Source: Candidatus Uhrbacteria bacterium
GTDB lineage: Bacteria; Patescibacteriota; Patescibacteriia; UBA9934; GWF2-40-263
NCBI GenBank assembly: GCA_037131775.1
Contig: JBAXQK010000006.1
Span: 1-54,785 of the forward strand
Length of the DNA stretch: 54,785 bases
Direction: 5' to 3'
In this document: in pieces, positions 27,743-36,601 of the stretch
Position numbering within the stretch: the stretch's first letter is position 1
How the letters are laid out: each line of letters starts with the position of its first letter
The notes under the pieces: model-generated
What the model was told of the DNA's origin: nothing
The model's database searches: none
What the model saw: the letters and a program-made list of their open reading frames with translations, nothing else
Program-made: the position numbers and the translations under genes

Positions 27743-28930
27743 TTATGGCTTCATCAGCCCCTCCAGCCGCGCCACGTACGCCGGCAGCGAGAACCCGTCG
27801 ACGGTCTTCCGAATCTCCTCCTGCCGTTCCCAAAACTTCCCCTCCCCCGTCGCGAGCTTTCGCAGCGCCGCGCGCAAACCGTCCGCGTCGCCCGGACGGA
27901 ACAGGTACCCATTCTCGCCGTCGCGAACCAGCTCGCCGACGCCGCCAATGTTCGCCGCGACGACCGGGACGCCGGTCTTGAACGCCTCGTAGATGACCGT
28001 GGGCGAGTTCTCATAGCAGAGCGACGGGACCACGACCGCGTCGGAAATGAGGAAAAGCTTCACGAGGTTGTCGAGCGAGCAGAAGCCGTGGTAGACGACG
28101 CGCGAGTCGCGGTTCGCCCAGCCGTTCACGAACGACGTGAGCGTTCCTTCCCCGGCCACATGGAGCTCGAACGGGACGTCGAGATTGTTCAGCGCGCGCA
28201 GGAGAAACTGGATTCCCTTGTGCGTCTCAAGCTGTCCCGCGAACAGCAGCCGGAGCGGTCCCGGCTTTCGCTCGGTGCGCGGCGGGGGCTGGATGGCGGG
28301 AGCCGGGTTCGGAAGAATCTCGACGCGGCTGTCCGGGAAGAATCCGCGCGACGTATAAAAGTCGGAGAGAAACTTCGACGGGGACACGATCACGGTCGGC
28401 GATCCGACGACGCGCTGCGTCTGTCGCGCGTACCATCGCTGCGGCGGAGAGTCGTTCATCCAGCTCTTCTCCTGGCCGTAGATCATCAGCCCGCTCGGAA
28501 TCGCGAGCTGGACGTCGTGGAGCGTGTGGACATGCCGGATCCCGCGCGACCGAATCGCCTCGACGCCCCGCATGCCGAACCCCTTCAGGTTGTGCGTGAG
28601 GACGACGTCGGGTTTCTCCTTGTCGAGGACGTCGCCGAGCGCGCGCATCGGGTGGGTCGCGAACAGGTCGACCAGATGCCAGGCGAGACGGACCGGAAAC
28701 GCGTGCCGGTGGTCGTCGAGCGAGTGGTACAGGTTCATCGGACGGTAGCGGTACACGCGCTCGATGTTGGACTCGGTCATGCGCGGCGCGAACGATCCGT
28801 CCCTCTGCGTCGAGACGACAAACACGTCATGCCCCTTCGCATGCAGCTCAAGCGCGATTCGCTTGGCGATCTGCTCGGCCCCTCCGCGGACGACCGGAGG
28901 GTAGAGATTTGAGACGATTCCGATCTTCAC
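27743..28930 (-). CDS. Glycosyltransferase family 4
   Basis: GTG start overlapping upstream stop (GTGA); YPP..GGAE, HTLHD, PSLCYENSPTVIYEA, GGVGELV. Confidence 0.88.
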   Translation of the reverse strand: MKIGIVSNLYPPVVRGGAEQIAKRIALELHAKGHDVFVVSTQRDGSFAPRMTESNIERVYRYRPMNLYHSLDDHRHAFPVRLAWHLVDLFATHPMRALGDVLDKEKPDVVLTHNLKGFGMRGVEAIRSRGIRHVHTLHDVQLAIPSGLMIYGQEKSWMNDSPPQRWYARQTQRVVGSPTVIVSPSKFLSDFYTSRGFFPDSRVEILPNPAPAIQPPPRTERKPGPLRLLFAGQLETHKGIQFLLRALNNLDVPFELHVAGEGTLTSFVNGWANRDSRVVYHGFCSLDNLVKLFLISDAVVVPSLCYENSPTVIYEAFKTGVPVVAANIGGVGELVRDGENGYLFRPGDADGLRAALRKLATGEGKFWERQEEIRKTVDGFSLPAYVARLEGLMKP

Positions 28931-30027
28931 AGGCTTCGGTAGATATTTTCTAATTTGACCATCAGCGGATCCCATGCGAACTCCGCTTCGGCACGGTGCC
29001 GCGCGGAGGCTCCAAGGCGGTTCCGCAGGTCGACCTGCTCGAGCAGGACGAGCATCGCCTTGCGCAGTTCCTCGACGTTCCTCGGCGGAACGAGCAAGCC
29101 CGTCTCGCCGTTCAGCACCACGCCGCGGACACCTGGCAGATCGGACGCGACGCATGGAATTCCGCTCGCGGCCGCCTCGAGCGCCACGATGCCGAACGCC
29201 TCTGCGCGCTCCGTCGACGGGAAGCAGTGGATGTCGGCGGAGCGATAAAATCCCGGAAGCTCCTCGGCGGAGACGTTCCCGGCGAACCGGATTCGATCGC
29301 CGAGCCCGGCCGCCACAACTGCTGCCTCGTAACTAGGGCGCAGACCGCCGTCGCCGACGACGACGCAGCTCCACGCGTAGTCGCGCAATCCGCCGAGCGC
29401 GTCGATGAGGACGGGCAGCCCCTTGAAGTGGTGCGCCGCGTCGAGCCCGCCGACAAAGAGAAGGACGGGAACCTTGTTCGCCTTCTCGGAGTCGGGATGG
29501 AATCGCTCGAGATCGATTCCGAACGGCAGGACTTCGACGCGATCAAGCGCGCCGTGAACGTCCTTGAGATCCGACGACTCGGCATACTCGCGCGACGAGA
29601 CGAGAATCTTGTCCGCGCGGTTCACGAGCCAGGGAAAAATGAGCTTCCGGTGCGCCTCGTAGACCATCGCGCGGATTCCGGTCACGACCGGGTCGTGGTG
29701 ATACGTCATCACGAGCTTCTGGTCGGGCCGCAGCGCCTTGCCGACGATGGCCGGCTCCGCTCCGCCGAAGAAGGGATAGTGCAGATGGACGATGTCGAAT
29801 CCGGACAGGCGCTTAAACAACGACGGGACGACTCCGGCGTTGCCGACGTGAAGAGGCGATGGAACCCGATGGACATACTCGGGGTCGCCGTCGACGGGCT
29901 CGTACAGCGGGGTGAACACATGCACGTTGTACCCGCGCGCCCGAAGACGCTCCGTGTACTCGTGAGCCACGTGGCCGATCCCTCCGCGGTACGGGGGATA
30001 GGTGCAGACGACCTGGGCGATTTTCAT
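28927..30027 (-). CDS. Glycosyltransferase family 4
   Basis: YPPYRGGI, FVGGL...KG, EAFGIVALEAAASG (ExxxxxxxE). Confidence 0.9.
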   Translation of the reverse strand: MKIAQVVCTYPPYRGGIGHVAHEYTERLRARGYNVHVFTPLYEPVDGDPEYVHRVPSPLHVGNAGVVPSLFKRLSGFDIVHLHYPFFGGAEPAIVGKALRPDQKLVMTYHHDPVVTGIRAMVYEAHRKLIFPWLVNRADKILVSSREYAESSDLKDVHGALDRVEVLPFGIDLERFHPDSEKANKVPVLLFVGGLDAAHHFKGLPVLIDALGGLRDYAWSCVVVGDGGLRPSYEAAVVAAGLGDRIRFAGNVSAEELPGFYRSADIHCFPSTERAEAFGIVALEAAASGIPCVASDLPGVRGVVLNGETGLLVPPRNVEELRKAMLVLLEQVDLRNRLGASARHRAEAEFAWDPLMVKLENIYRSL

Positions 30028-31103
30028 ACAAGTCGCTTAAGGACGAACCAGACAGCGGACAGAATCGGATTCGCAAAATTGTCGACAACCGGGTTGCTCG
30101 TCTCTTGATGTTCGATCTTGCCCGTCCAGAGGCGAACGATTTCCTTGTCGGAAACTTTGCGGATAAGGTTCGAGAACTTTCGCTTCTCGACGATGTGCTT
30201 CCAGGTCGTCGGTCGCAGCAGGTCGAGATAGACGCACAGCTTGTCCCTGAGCCAGCCTCCCTTCGCGGCGAAGGCGAGGAGGGCGAGTTCGAGGACGACG
30301 AGCAGCGGCGACAGGACGACGAGCGTCGCGGGCCTGAGATGCGAGAAGAAGACGAGGAGGCGGGCGCGTTCCATCCAGTAGAGCTTCTTGATGGACCGGC
30401 GGAACTCGTAGTGGTGGTAGGCGACCGAGCGCGTCGCGAGCACGTTGCGATAGCCCGCGAGACGAATGCGCCAGCCGAGCTCGAGGTCGTCGTGATACAT
30501 GAAATAGAAGTCCTCGAGCAGACCGACCTCGCGAAGGACCGACGAGCGGTACAGGACCGCGGCACCGGACGCATACGCGACGTCCGTCCCGTCGAGCGAC
30601 GCGACGTCCTCGGCGGACGCGCGGCGGCCGTTGTCGCGCGCGAATCCGAATCCGAGAAAGTGGACGCTTCCGCCCGTCGCGTTCAGCACGCCCTCGTCCT
30701 GCCAGAGGCGGACGAGCGACTGGACCGCGCCGATCGTCCTGTCCGTCTCGGCCGTCGCGACGGCCTCGGTGATCGCGGCCGGGTCGAGCTTCGCGTCGCC
30801 GTTCAGCAGGTAGACGTAGTCGGTGCCCTCGAGCAGCGCGCGGTCGATGCCGAGGTTGTTCCCTCCCGCGAACCCCGTGTTCGTCGCGGACGGAAAGAAC
30901 GTGACGCGCGGCAGTTCCTTCTCGGACTTCGGGACGACGTTCTCGCGAATCCAATCCGCGGATCCGTCGCTCGACGCGTTGTCGACGACGATCAGATGGA
31001 GGGACTCCTTCGGATAGTCGAGCTGTTCGACCGACAAAAAAACGCGCTCCAAATACGCGCTTGTGTTGTACGCGAGGTAGATGATCGCGACGGTCGGCTT
31101 CAT
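30024..31103 (-). CDS. Glycosyltransferase family 2 (rhamnosyltransferase-like)
   Basis: VVDNASSDGS, NTGFAGGNN, LLNGD, GAAVL, FMYHDDLE; ATG 31103. Confidence 0.88.
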   Translation of the reverse strand: MKPTVAIIYLAYNTSAYLERVFLSVEQLDYPKESLHLIVVDNASSDGSADWIRENVVPKSEKELPRVTFFPSATNTGFAGGNNLGIDRALLEGTDYVYLLNGDAKLDPAAITEAVATAETDRTIGAVQSLVRLWQDEGVLNATGGSVHFLGFGFARDNGRRASAEDVASLDGTDVAYASGAAVLYRSSVLREVGLLEDFYFMYHDDLELGWRIRLAGYRNVLATRSVAYHHYEFRRSIKKLYWMERARLLVFFSHLRPATLVVLSPLLVVLELALLAFAAKGGWLRDKLCVYLDLLRPTTWKHIVEKRKFSNLIRKVSDKEIVRLWTGKIEHQETSNPVVDNFANPILSAVWFVLKRLV

Positions 31104-31104
31104 A

Positions 31105-31437
31105 TTATTTGGATTCCTCGACGTCCCGGAGCGCGATCTTGCGGACGAGCTTCGTGATGTCGCGCTGGGTCTCCTCCTGGCGCACGAACAGCCGAAACAC
31201 GGCGTACGCGAGAACGACGACGGAAACGTACAGCGCAAGGTCGGCGCCGCGGCCGATGCCGACGAGATGCGCGACAACGTCCGCGCTCGTCGGCCACAGG
31301 GTCACGCCGATGACGACCGCCCACAGGCCGTTCCAAACCAACAGCCAGTGCAGGCTTACCTTCTGCGCGCGAAATTGCTTCACCGTGCGCGTCGCCGCGA
31401 ACAGCGCGAACGTTACGAGGACGATTTGAAAAATCAT
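31105..31437 (-). CDS. DUF2304 family membrane protein
   Basis: 3 TM, GIGRGADL...ITKLVRKIAL pattern; follows a DPM-synthase-like GT2. Confidence 0.8.
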   Translation of the reverse strand: MIFQIVLVTFALFAATRTVKQFRAQKVSLHWLLVWNGLWAVVIGVTLWPTSADVVAHLVGIGRGADLALYVSVVVLAYAVFRLFVRQEETQRDITKLVRKIALRDVEESK

Positions 31438-32114
31438 ACGCGAGTGATCAGCTTATCCTTGAGAATGTCCTTCACGATCGCGAACGCGCGCATCGACGAC
31501 GGACTCTTCGCGAGCGTCTCGGCGGAATAGACGATCGTCACCGGGCGCTCGACATACCGGAGCCTCTTCACGACGATCAGGTCCTGAATCTGCGACGCGT
31601 GCGCCATGCCGTCGAGCGTAATCGTGATCTCCTGCGCGGCCTTGCGCGACAGGGCGCGGAACCCGCAGTGCGTGTCGGTCAGTCGAATCCCCGAGATGGC
31701 GACGGTAAACCATTGGGCGAGACGATTGACGACGCGGCGCGCCACCGGCATGTTCGACTTCTTTCCGAGGAAACGCGAACCGAGAACCACCTCCGCGGCG
31801 CCGGTCTGGATCGGCTCGACCATCGCCGGGATGTCGCATCCCTGCATCTGCCCGTCCGCGTCGAAGTGAACGACGATCTCCGCGCCCAGCCGGTTCAGCG
31901 CGTACTCCGTCGCCGTCTGCAACGCCGCTCCCTGCCCACGGTTGATCACGTGACGAAGGACGGTCGCCCCGGCGGATCGGGCCGCGTTCGCGGTATTGTC
32001 GCGCGAACAGTCGTCTACCACCACGACGCCGCTTACAAACGAAGAAGCATCGCGCACGACGGCGGCGATGCGCGATTCCTCGTTAAACGCTGGGATGATG
32101 GCGATAGTTCGCAT
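31434..32114 (-). CDS. Glycosyltransferase family 2 (polyprenol-phosphate glycosyltransferase/DPM synthase-like)
   Basis: IIPAFNE, VVDDCSRD, NRGQGAA, HFDADGQ, GSRF, DTHCGFRA; ATG 32114. Confidence 0.9.
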   Translation of the reverse strand: MRTIAIIPAFNEESRIAAVVRDASSFVSGVVVVDDCSRDNTANAARSAGATVLRHVINRGQGAALQTATEYALNRLGAEIVVHFDADGQMQGCDIPAMVEPIQTGAAEVVLGSRFLGKKSNMPVARRVVNRLAQWFTVAISGIRLTDTHCGFRALSRKAAQEITITLDGMAHASQIQDLIVVKRLRYVERPVTIVYSAETLAKSPSSMRAFAIVKDILKDKLITRV

Positions 32115-32115
32115 A

Positions 32116-32194
32116 GGAGTGATGAAGTCGTGGAGTGATGAAGTCGTGAGGTTTAAAGCACTCCATGACTCCATCACTCAATCACTCCACGACT
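32116..32194. repeat. Octamer-built imperfect inverted repeat filling the intergenic gap
   Basis: (GGAGTGATGAAGTCGT)x2 at 32116-32147 versus CACTCCAT-GACTCCAT-CACTCAAT-CACTCCAC-GACT at 32159-32194. Confidence 0.75.
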
Positions 32195-33209
32195 ATAACG
32201 TGGTCAACAGTATCTTGTTTGCCTTCACATAGTCAATCGTATGGCGCAGGCCGTCCTCAAGGCGGACGAGCGGGAGCCAGCCGAGCTCCTTTGCTCGCGC
32301 GCAACGCGGCAACGCAAGCTCGGAGAGGAACATGAGCGGCGCGGCGTGGCGGACGCCGACCTTCGTGCCGACGATCTTCAGGATGATCTCCGCGACGTCC
32401 GCGATGTCGTGGTCCACGTCGCTGCCAAGGTTCACGAGCCACTGGTCGGTCGGCGCCTTCATCAGGCGAACGAGGCCGTCCACGCAGTCGGTGACGTACA
32501 GGAGCGACGTATGGAACGGCTTGCCGCCGTACACGACGATGTCCTGCCCGTCGATGGCTGAAAGCACGAAGTCGGGAATCAGCTGGCCGTCTCCGAGCGG
32601 CATGCGCGGGCCGTACGTCCGGAAGATGCGCGCGATCTTCACCTCGAGCGCGTGCACCTGGCGGTACGTGGAAAACATCGTCTCCGAGAACCGCTTTCCC
32701 TCGTCGTAGCACCCGCGCGGCGACAGGTGGTCGTTGCCCGCGCCGACGTATTCCTCCGCCACGAACGGGTTCGCCTTGTCGCGCGTTCCGTAAACGACCG
32801 CGCTCGACGCGAACAGGATCCGCGCGCGATACTTTCGCGCCAGTTCAAGCACGCGATAGTTGCCCGTCGAGTTGGCAAGCAGCGTCTGGATCTTGTACTG
32901 GTCGAAGTCCTTCACCGAGGTCGGACAGGCAAGGTGATAGATCTCCTGGATCCCCTGGAATGGCAGCTTGAACACCGCGAGCTCCGCGTAGTTCTCCAAG
33001 TCGATCGGATCGTTGATATCGAGGCGTAGGAACTGAAAGTTGGAGTTCGGCAACAGCGAGTCGATGTTGTGCACGTTCCCCGTCGACAGGTTGTCGACGC
33101 AGATCACGCGATTCCCTTCGCGAATGAGCCGCTCGCACAAATGCGACCCAATGAACCCGGCCCCGCCGGTAACGAGAATGTTTTTCTTTTCGAATGTGAT
33201 GTCAGCCAT
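32193..33209 (-). CDS. NAD-dependent epimerase/dehydratase, UDP-glucuronate decarboxylase (UXS)-like
   Basis: TGGAGFIGSHL, IYHLACP, CYDEGKR, RIF.TYGPRM. Confidence 0.82.
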   Translation of the reverse strand: MADITFEKKNILVTGGAGFIGSHLCERLIREGNRVICVDNLSTGNVHNIDSLLPNSNFQFLRLDINDPIDLENYAELAVFKLPFQGIQEIYHLACPTSVKDFDQYKIQTLLANSTGNYRVLELARKYRARILFASSAVVYGTRDKANPFVAEEYVGAGNDHLSPRGCYDEGKRFSETMFSTYRQVHALEVKIARIFRTYGPRMPLGDGQLIPDFVLSAIDGQDIVVYGGKPFHTSLLYVTDCVDGLVRLMKAPTDQWLVNLGSDVDHDIADVAEIILKIVGTKVGVRHAAPLMFLSELALPRCARAKELGWLPLVRLEDGLRHTIDYVKANKILLTTL

Positions 33210-33245
33210 ACGGAAGGATTATACACGAAAACCGCGCGAAACCCC

Positions 33246-33295
33246 ACGGGACTAAAGTCCCTGGGAAATCGAGTTCCCAGGGACTTTAGTCCCGT
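33246..33295. repeat. REP-doublet-like hairpin (22-bp perfect inverted repeat with internally palindromic arms)
   Basis: ACGGGACTAAAGTCCCTGGGAA-ATCGAG-TTCCCAGGGACTTTAGTCCCGT. Confidence 0.8.
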
Positions 33296-33303
33296 TCGTT
33301 TCG

Positions 33304-35451
33304 TTATAGCGACCATCCAGCAACGCTCAGCCCGCGACGATCCGCCTGGTCTCCCGCGAAGAACCCGCCGAGGACCTTGCCCGTCAGGTCGAACGCGCGA
33401 ATCTGCGGGCCGCCTCCCGGACCAGGGGCCGTGACGATCTGCGCGACGCCTCCATCAAGGTTTGCAACGCTGACGCGAACGCCGCCGCGGAACAGGGAGT
33501 CGTAGGCGAAGAATGATCCCACGACCCTGCCCGTCTCCGTAAAGACGCGAACCTGGGGGCCGCCTCCCGCGTCGGTTCCCGTGACGATCTCGTCGATGCC
33601 GTCGCCATTGAGGTCGCCAGCCGAGACGTAGACGCCGCTGACGTACGTCGGCGCGTACGCGTCGAACTTCGCAAGGACGGTGCCGATCGTCGCCCCGGTC
33701 GCGGACAACACGCGGACCTCGGGACCGAATCCCGCGCCGCGCGACGCGATGATCTCGTTGTTGCCATCGCCGTCCACGTCGCCGGTCGCGACGCGGATCG
33801 AGGGAACCAGACCCGGACCACCCCCAACCCCTCCTTGACGAAGGAGGGGAGACGAAATGAGAAACGGATTCATCTCGGAAACCTGCGCTCCATCCATCAT
33901 GAACGTGCGAATCCTGCCCTGGCCCTTCGCGTCCTCGCTCACGACGATTTCCTCCGTGCCGTCGCCGTTCACGTCGCCGGTCGCGACGTTCAATCCGGTG
34001 CGACTCGCCGTCTCAAACGCAAAGAACTGCGACTTGAATTTCCCGTCCATCCCGAACACGCGAACCTGCGGCCCGCCGCCGGGAGCAGGGACGGTCACGA
34101 TGTCGTCCTTCCCGTCGCCGTCGACGTCCCCCACCGCCACGCGGACGCCGCCGAGAAAGGTCGGGGCGTACGCGTCGAATTGGGTGACGAGCGCCCCGTC
34201 ACGCGTGAAGACGCGGACAGTCGGCGGGAGACCGGGGGTCGCGGTAGCTGTGACAATGTCGTGGCTTGGAGTCGCTGTTGGTCGCGACGTTTTTCCACTC
34301 GTCCCCCCTCCTTCGTCAAGGAGGGGTTGGGGGTGGTCCGAGGCCGCCGCCGCGAACGACGGGGCGATTTGCATGGCGCGGCCGATATTCAACCGGCCCG
34401 GACCGAGCTTGCCGACCGCGTCGGTCCCCTTCTCCCTCAGCGGATCGACGGAGAGCTGGAGAATGGTTCGGATAAGCGACGGAGTGAGCGACGGGTACGC
34501 GGACTTCAAAAGCGCGACGGCTCCCGCGACGATTGGCGACGCGACCGACGTTCCGTCCCATCCGCCCTCGTAGTATGATGGAAAATCGATCCACGCGTCG
34601 TTCTGGTACATCGTCCCAAACACGTCCACGCCCGGTGCGGAAATGTCCGTGCAGTTTGATCCGTAGTTTGAAAAATCCGCCTTCGTATCCTCCTCCGTCG
34701 TCGCCGCGACCCCAATGACCCAGTCGTCGCCCCCCTCGCCAAAGCACACCGGGTATACCGGCGTATCATCGAGGTTCAGTCCCCCGTGGTTGTCGTTCCC
34801 CACTGCCGCGACCACGGAGACGCCCGCGTCAAACGCGTTATGGATATCGCTCTGAAGCGCCTTGTCCGCATCGAACCCGGTAAACGACAGGTTGATCACG
34901 TTCGCGCCATTTTTGACGGCGTACGCGATCGCCTCGCGTGCCTTCCCCGAGTCGCCCGAACCATAGTCGTCCAGAATCCGAAGCGGCATAATCCGCGTCT
35001 GCCAAGAGACGCCCGCGACCCCTTCGCCGTTGTTCCCCACCGCGCCGATGACTCCCGCCACGATCGTCCCATGCGCCACGCCGTCCACGGTGGACGCGTC
35101 GCTCACGTCCGGCTCCGGCGTATCGTCACCGTCCACGAAATCCCAGCCGTGCACGTCGTCGACGTACCCGTTCCCGTCGTCGTCGATCCCGTTTCCCGCG
35201 ATCTCCCCGGGGTTCGTCCAGATGTTTCCCGTGAGATCGGGATGATCCGGGTCCACGCCCGAATCAAGCACGGCCACGACGGTCTGCTGCGTCCCGATCC
35301 CAATGTCCCACGCCGCCGGCGCGCCGATCTTGTCGAGATACCACTGCTTGCTATAAAGCGGATCGTTCGGCACGCGCGCAAAGACGGGAGCGCAAACGAA
35401 AAGACCGAGCAGAACGGTCGCAACGATTCTACGCGGTCTTTGGTTTGTCAT
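33304..35451 (-). CDS. Secreted S8 (subtilisin-like) serine peptidase with C-terminal FG-GAP-like repeats
   Basis: Signal peptide; VAVLDSG, HGTIVAG, GTSVASP catalytic triad; repeated F.AY...F.GGV.VA.GD..GDG..EI..G.G.GGGPQVRVF. Confidence 0.9.
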   Translation of the reverse strand: MTNQRPRRIVATVLLGLFVCAPVFARVPNDPLYSKQWYLDKIGAPAAWDIGIGTQQTVVAVLDSGVDPDHPDLTGNIWTNPGEIAGNGIDDDGNGYVDDVHGWDFVDGDDTPEPDVSDASTVDGVAHGTIVAGVIGAVGNNGEGVAGVSWQTRIMPLRILDDYGSGDSGKAREAIAYAVKNGANVINLSFTGFDADKALQSDIHNAFDAGVSVVAAVGNDNHGGLNLDDTPVYPVCFGEGGDDWVIGVAATTEEDTKADFSNYGSNCTDISAPGVDVFGTMYQNDAWIDFPSYYEGGWDGTSVASPIVAGAVALLKSAYPSLTPSLIRTILQLSVDPLREKGTDAVGKLGPGRLNIGRAMQIAPSFAAAASDHPQPLLDEGGGTSGKTSRPTATPSHDIVTATATPGLPPTVRVFTRDGALVTQFDAYAPTFLGGVRVAVGDVDGDGKDDIVTVPAPGGGPQVRVFGMDGKFKSQFFAFETASRTGLNVATGDVNGDGTEEIVVSEDAKGQGRIRTFMMDGAQVSEMNPFLISSPLLRQGGVGGGPGLVPSIRVATGDVDGDGNNEIIASRGAGFGPEVRVLSATGATIGTVLAKFDAYAPTYVSGVYVSAGDLNGDGIDEIVTGTDAGGGPQVRVFTETGRVVGSFFAYDSLFRGGVRVSVANLDGGVAQIVTAPGPGGGPQIRAFDLTGKVLGGFFAGDQADRRGLSVAGWSL
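33815..33854 (+). repeat. ~40-bp palindromic element, copy D (in frame inside S8 gene)
   Basis: GGACCACCCCCAACCCCTCCT-TGACGA-AGGAGGGGAGACG; translated as SPLLRQGGVGGGP. Confidence 0.85.
34300..34339 (-). repeat. ~40-bp palindromic element, copy E (in frame inside S8 gene, opposite orientation to D)
   Basis: Reverse complement GGACCACCCCCAACCCCTCCTTGACGAAGGAGGGGGGACG (39/40 to D); translated as DHPQPLLDEGGGT in the protease/FG-GAP linker. Confidence 0.85.
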
Positions 35452-35503
35452 AACGTGCCATTTTGCAGAACACACCCCGTCATTGCGAGCTCCTCAGGCG
35501 GAA

Positions 35504-36238
35504 CTATTTTCCCTTCCCCTTTCCGCTCGCCAGTTCCGCCTTCAGCTTCGCGAGCGTCTCCGTGATTGACGTGTCCTTCGGAGAAAGCGTATGCGCCACC
35601 TCGTAGTGCGAGATTGCCTCGTCGAGCTGATCGTGACTCGCATACCAGTCGCCAAGCGCGGTCAGAAGACCGGGAGTCTGGCCGAGGTTCGCGATGGCTG
35701 CCTCGAGAATCGTTTGGATCTTCGCGTCATCCTCCGGAAAGTGCGCAAGGATGAGATCGACGAGCTTCAGGTACGTCGGCTCGTACGCCTCCAGATCAGA
35801 AACCCTTATCAGCGACGCCTTCGCGCCGACGAAATCACCCATCTCAATCTGCGCCTGAGCCAGGTTCTCGAGCGCCGGAGGATCGGTCGGGTTGGTGCGA
35901 AGGATGTCCCTGTACGTATCCGAAGCCTTCTGCAGGTCGCCCGTCTCGTAGTACAGGTTCGCCAGCTGGAGGACCAGGCTGATGTCCCGCTTCCCGTTCG
36001 CCTCGTTATCCGCGATCCGCGCCTCCAGCGGCCCGATCTTGTCCGTGAACGTCTTCATCTGCTCCGCGGACATCCCGCGATCGACGGTCGTGGTAATCGA
36101 TTGCGCGGCCGTCCCGGATTCGTTCCCAGGGACGTTGGTCCCGTTCGTCACGGCGCGATAGATCCAAACGCCGCCAAGAATGACGATGATGAGAATCGCG
36201 GCGATGATCTTGATCCACTTCGGGTTGAATTCTTTCAT
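35504..36238 (-). CDS. Membrane-anchored tetratricopeptide repeat protein
   Basis: N-terminal TM; LANLYYETGDLQKA, LAQAQIEMGD, LGDWYASHDQLDEAISHYE TPR patterns. Confidence 0.82.
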   Translation of the reverse strand: MKEFNPKWIKIIAAILIIVILGGVWIYRAVTNGTNVPGNESGTAAQSITTTVDRGMSAEQMKTFTDKIGPLEARIADNEANGKRDISLVLQLANLYYETGDLQKASDTYRDILRTNPTDPPALENLAQAQIEMGDFVGAKASLIRVSDLEAYEPTYLKLVDLILAHFPEDDAKIQTILEAAIANLGQTPGLLTALGDWYASHDQLDEAISHYEVAHTLSPKDTSITETLAKLKAELASGKGKGK

Positions 36239-36329
36239 ATCGGCTGGAAAGGTGTTTCAGAATATTCAAGGATGAGCGTATTTTAGGGGAAAAGTGGAAA
36301 AAAGACAAGCTTGGAATGATTGTTTCCGC

Positions 36330-36582
36330 AGGCGCTTCGCCCTGCACCCGACCTACTTTCTCTGTAGGGCGGACAGAGAAAGTAGGCAAAGAGAACCTTC
36401 CGCCCGGCCATCCGCTCCTACGCTAGGACGCAAAAAGCTGGCTCGCTGTGGAACTCGCTAGCGCCGCCGAACGTTTACCCCCGACGCGTCGCTTCGCTCA
36501 GACAATCCTCGCCCGGCTGATGCCGCCGCCAGCTTTTCACGCCCTGGCTGGGTCGCTCCGGCAGGGCGGCGACCGGATGGAA
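36330..36582. other. Structured intergenic element (MITE-like repeat or ncRNA candidate)
   Basis: Perfect 14-bp stem CCTACTTTCTCTGT/ACAGAGAAAGTAGG (36352-36386); long-range AAAAGCTGGC (36433-36442)/GCCAGCTTTT (36528-36537); internal AACTCGCT...CGCTTCGCTCAGACA. Confidence 0.5.
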
Positions 36583-36601
36583 GCCTTTTCTTTTTTTTAC
36601 A

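Noticed and set aside
35478-35492. GTCATTGCGAGC, similar to the start of a known palindromic repeat type
   Set aside because: Only 12 nt, no partner arm in the intergenic gap; could be chance.
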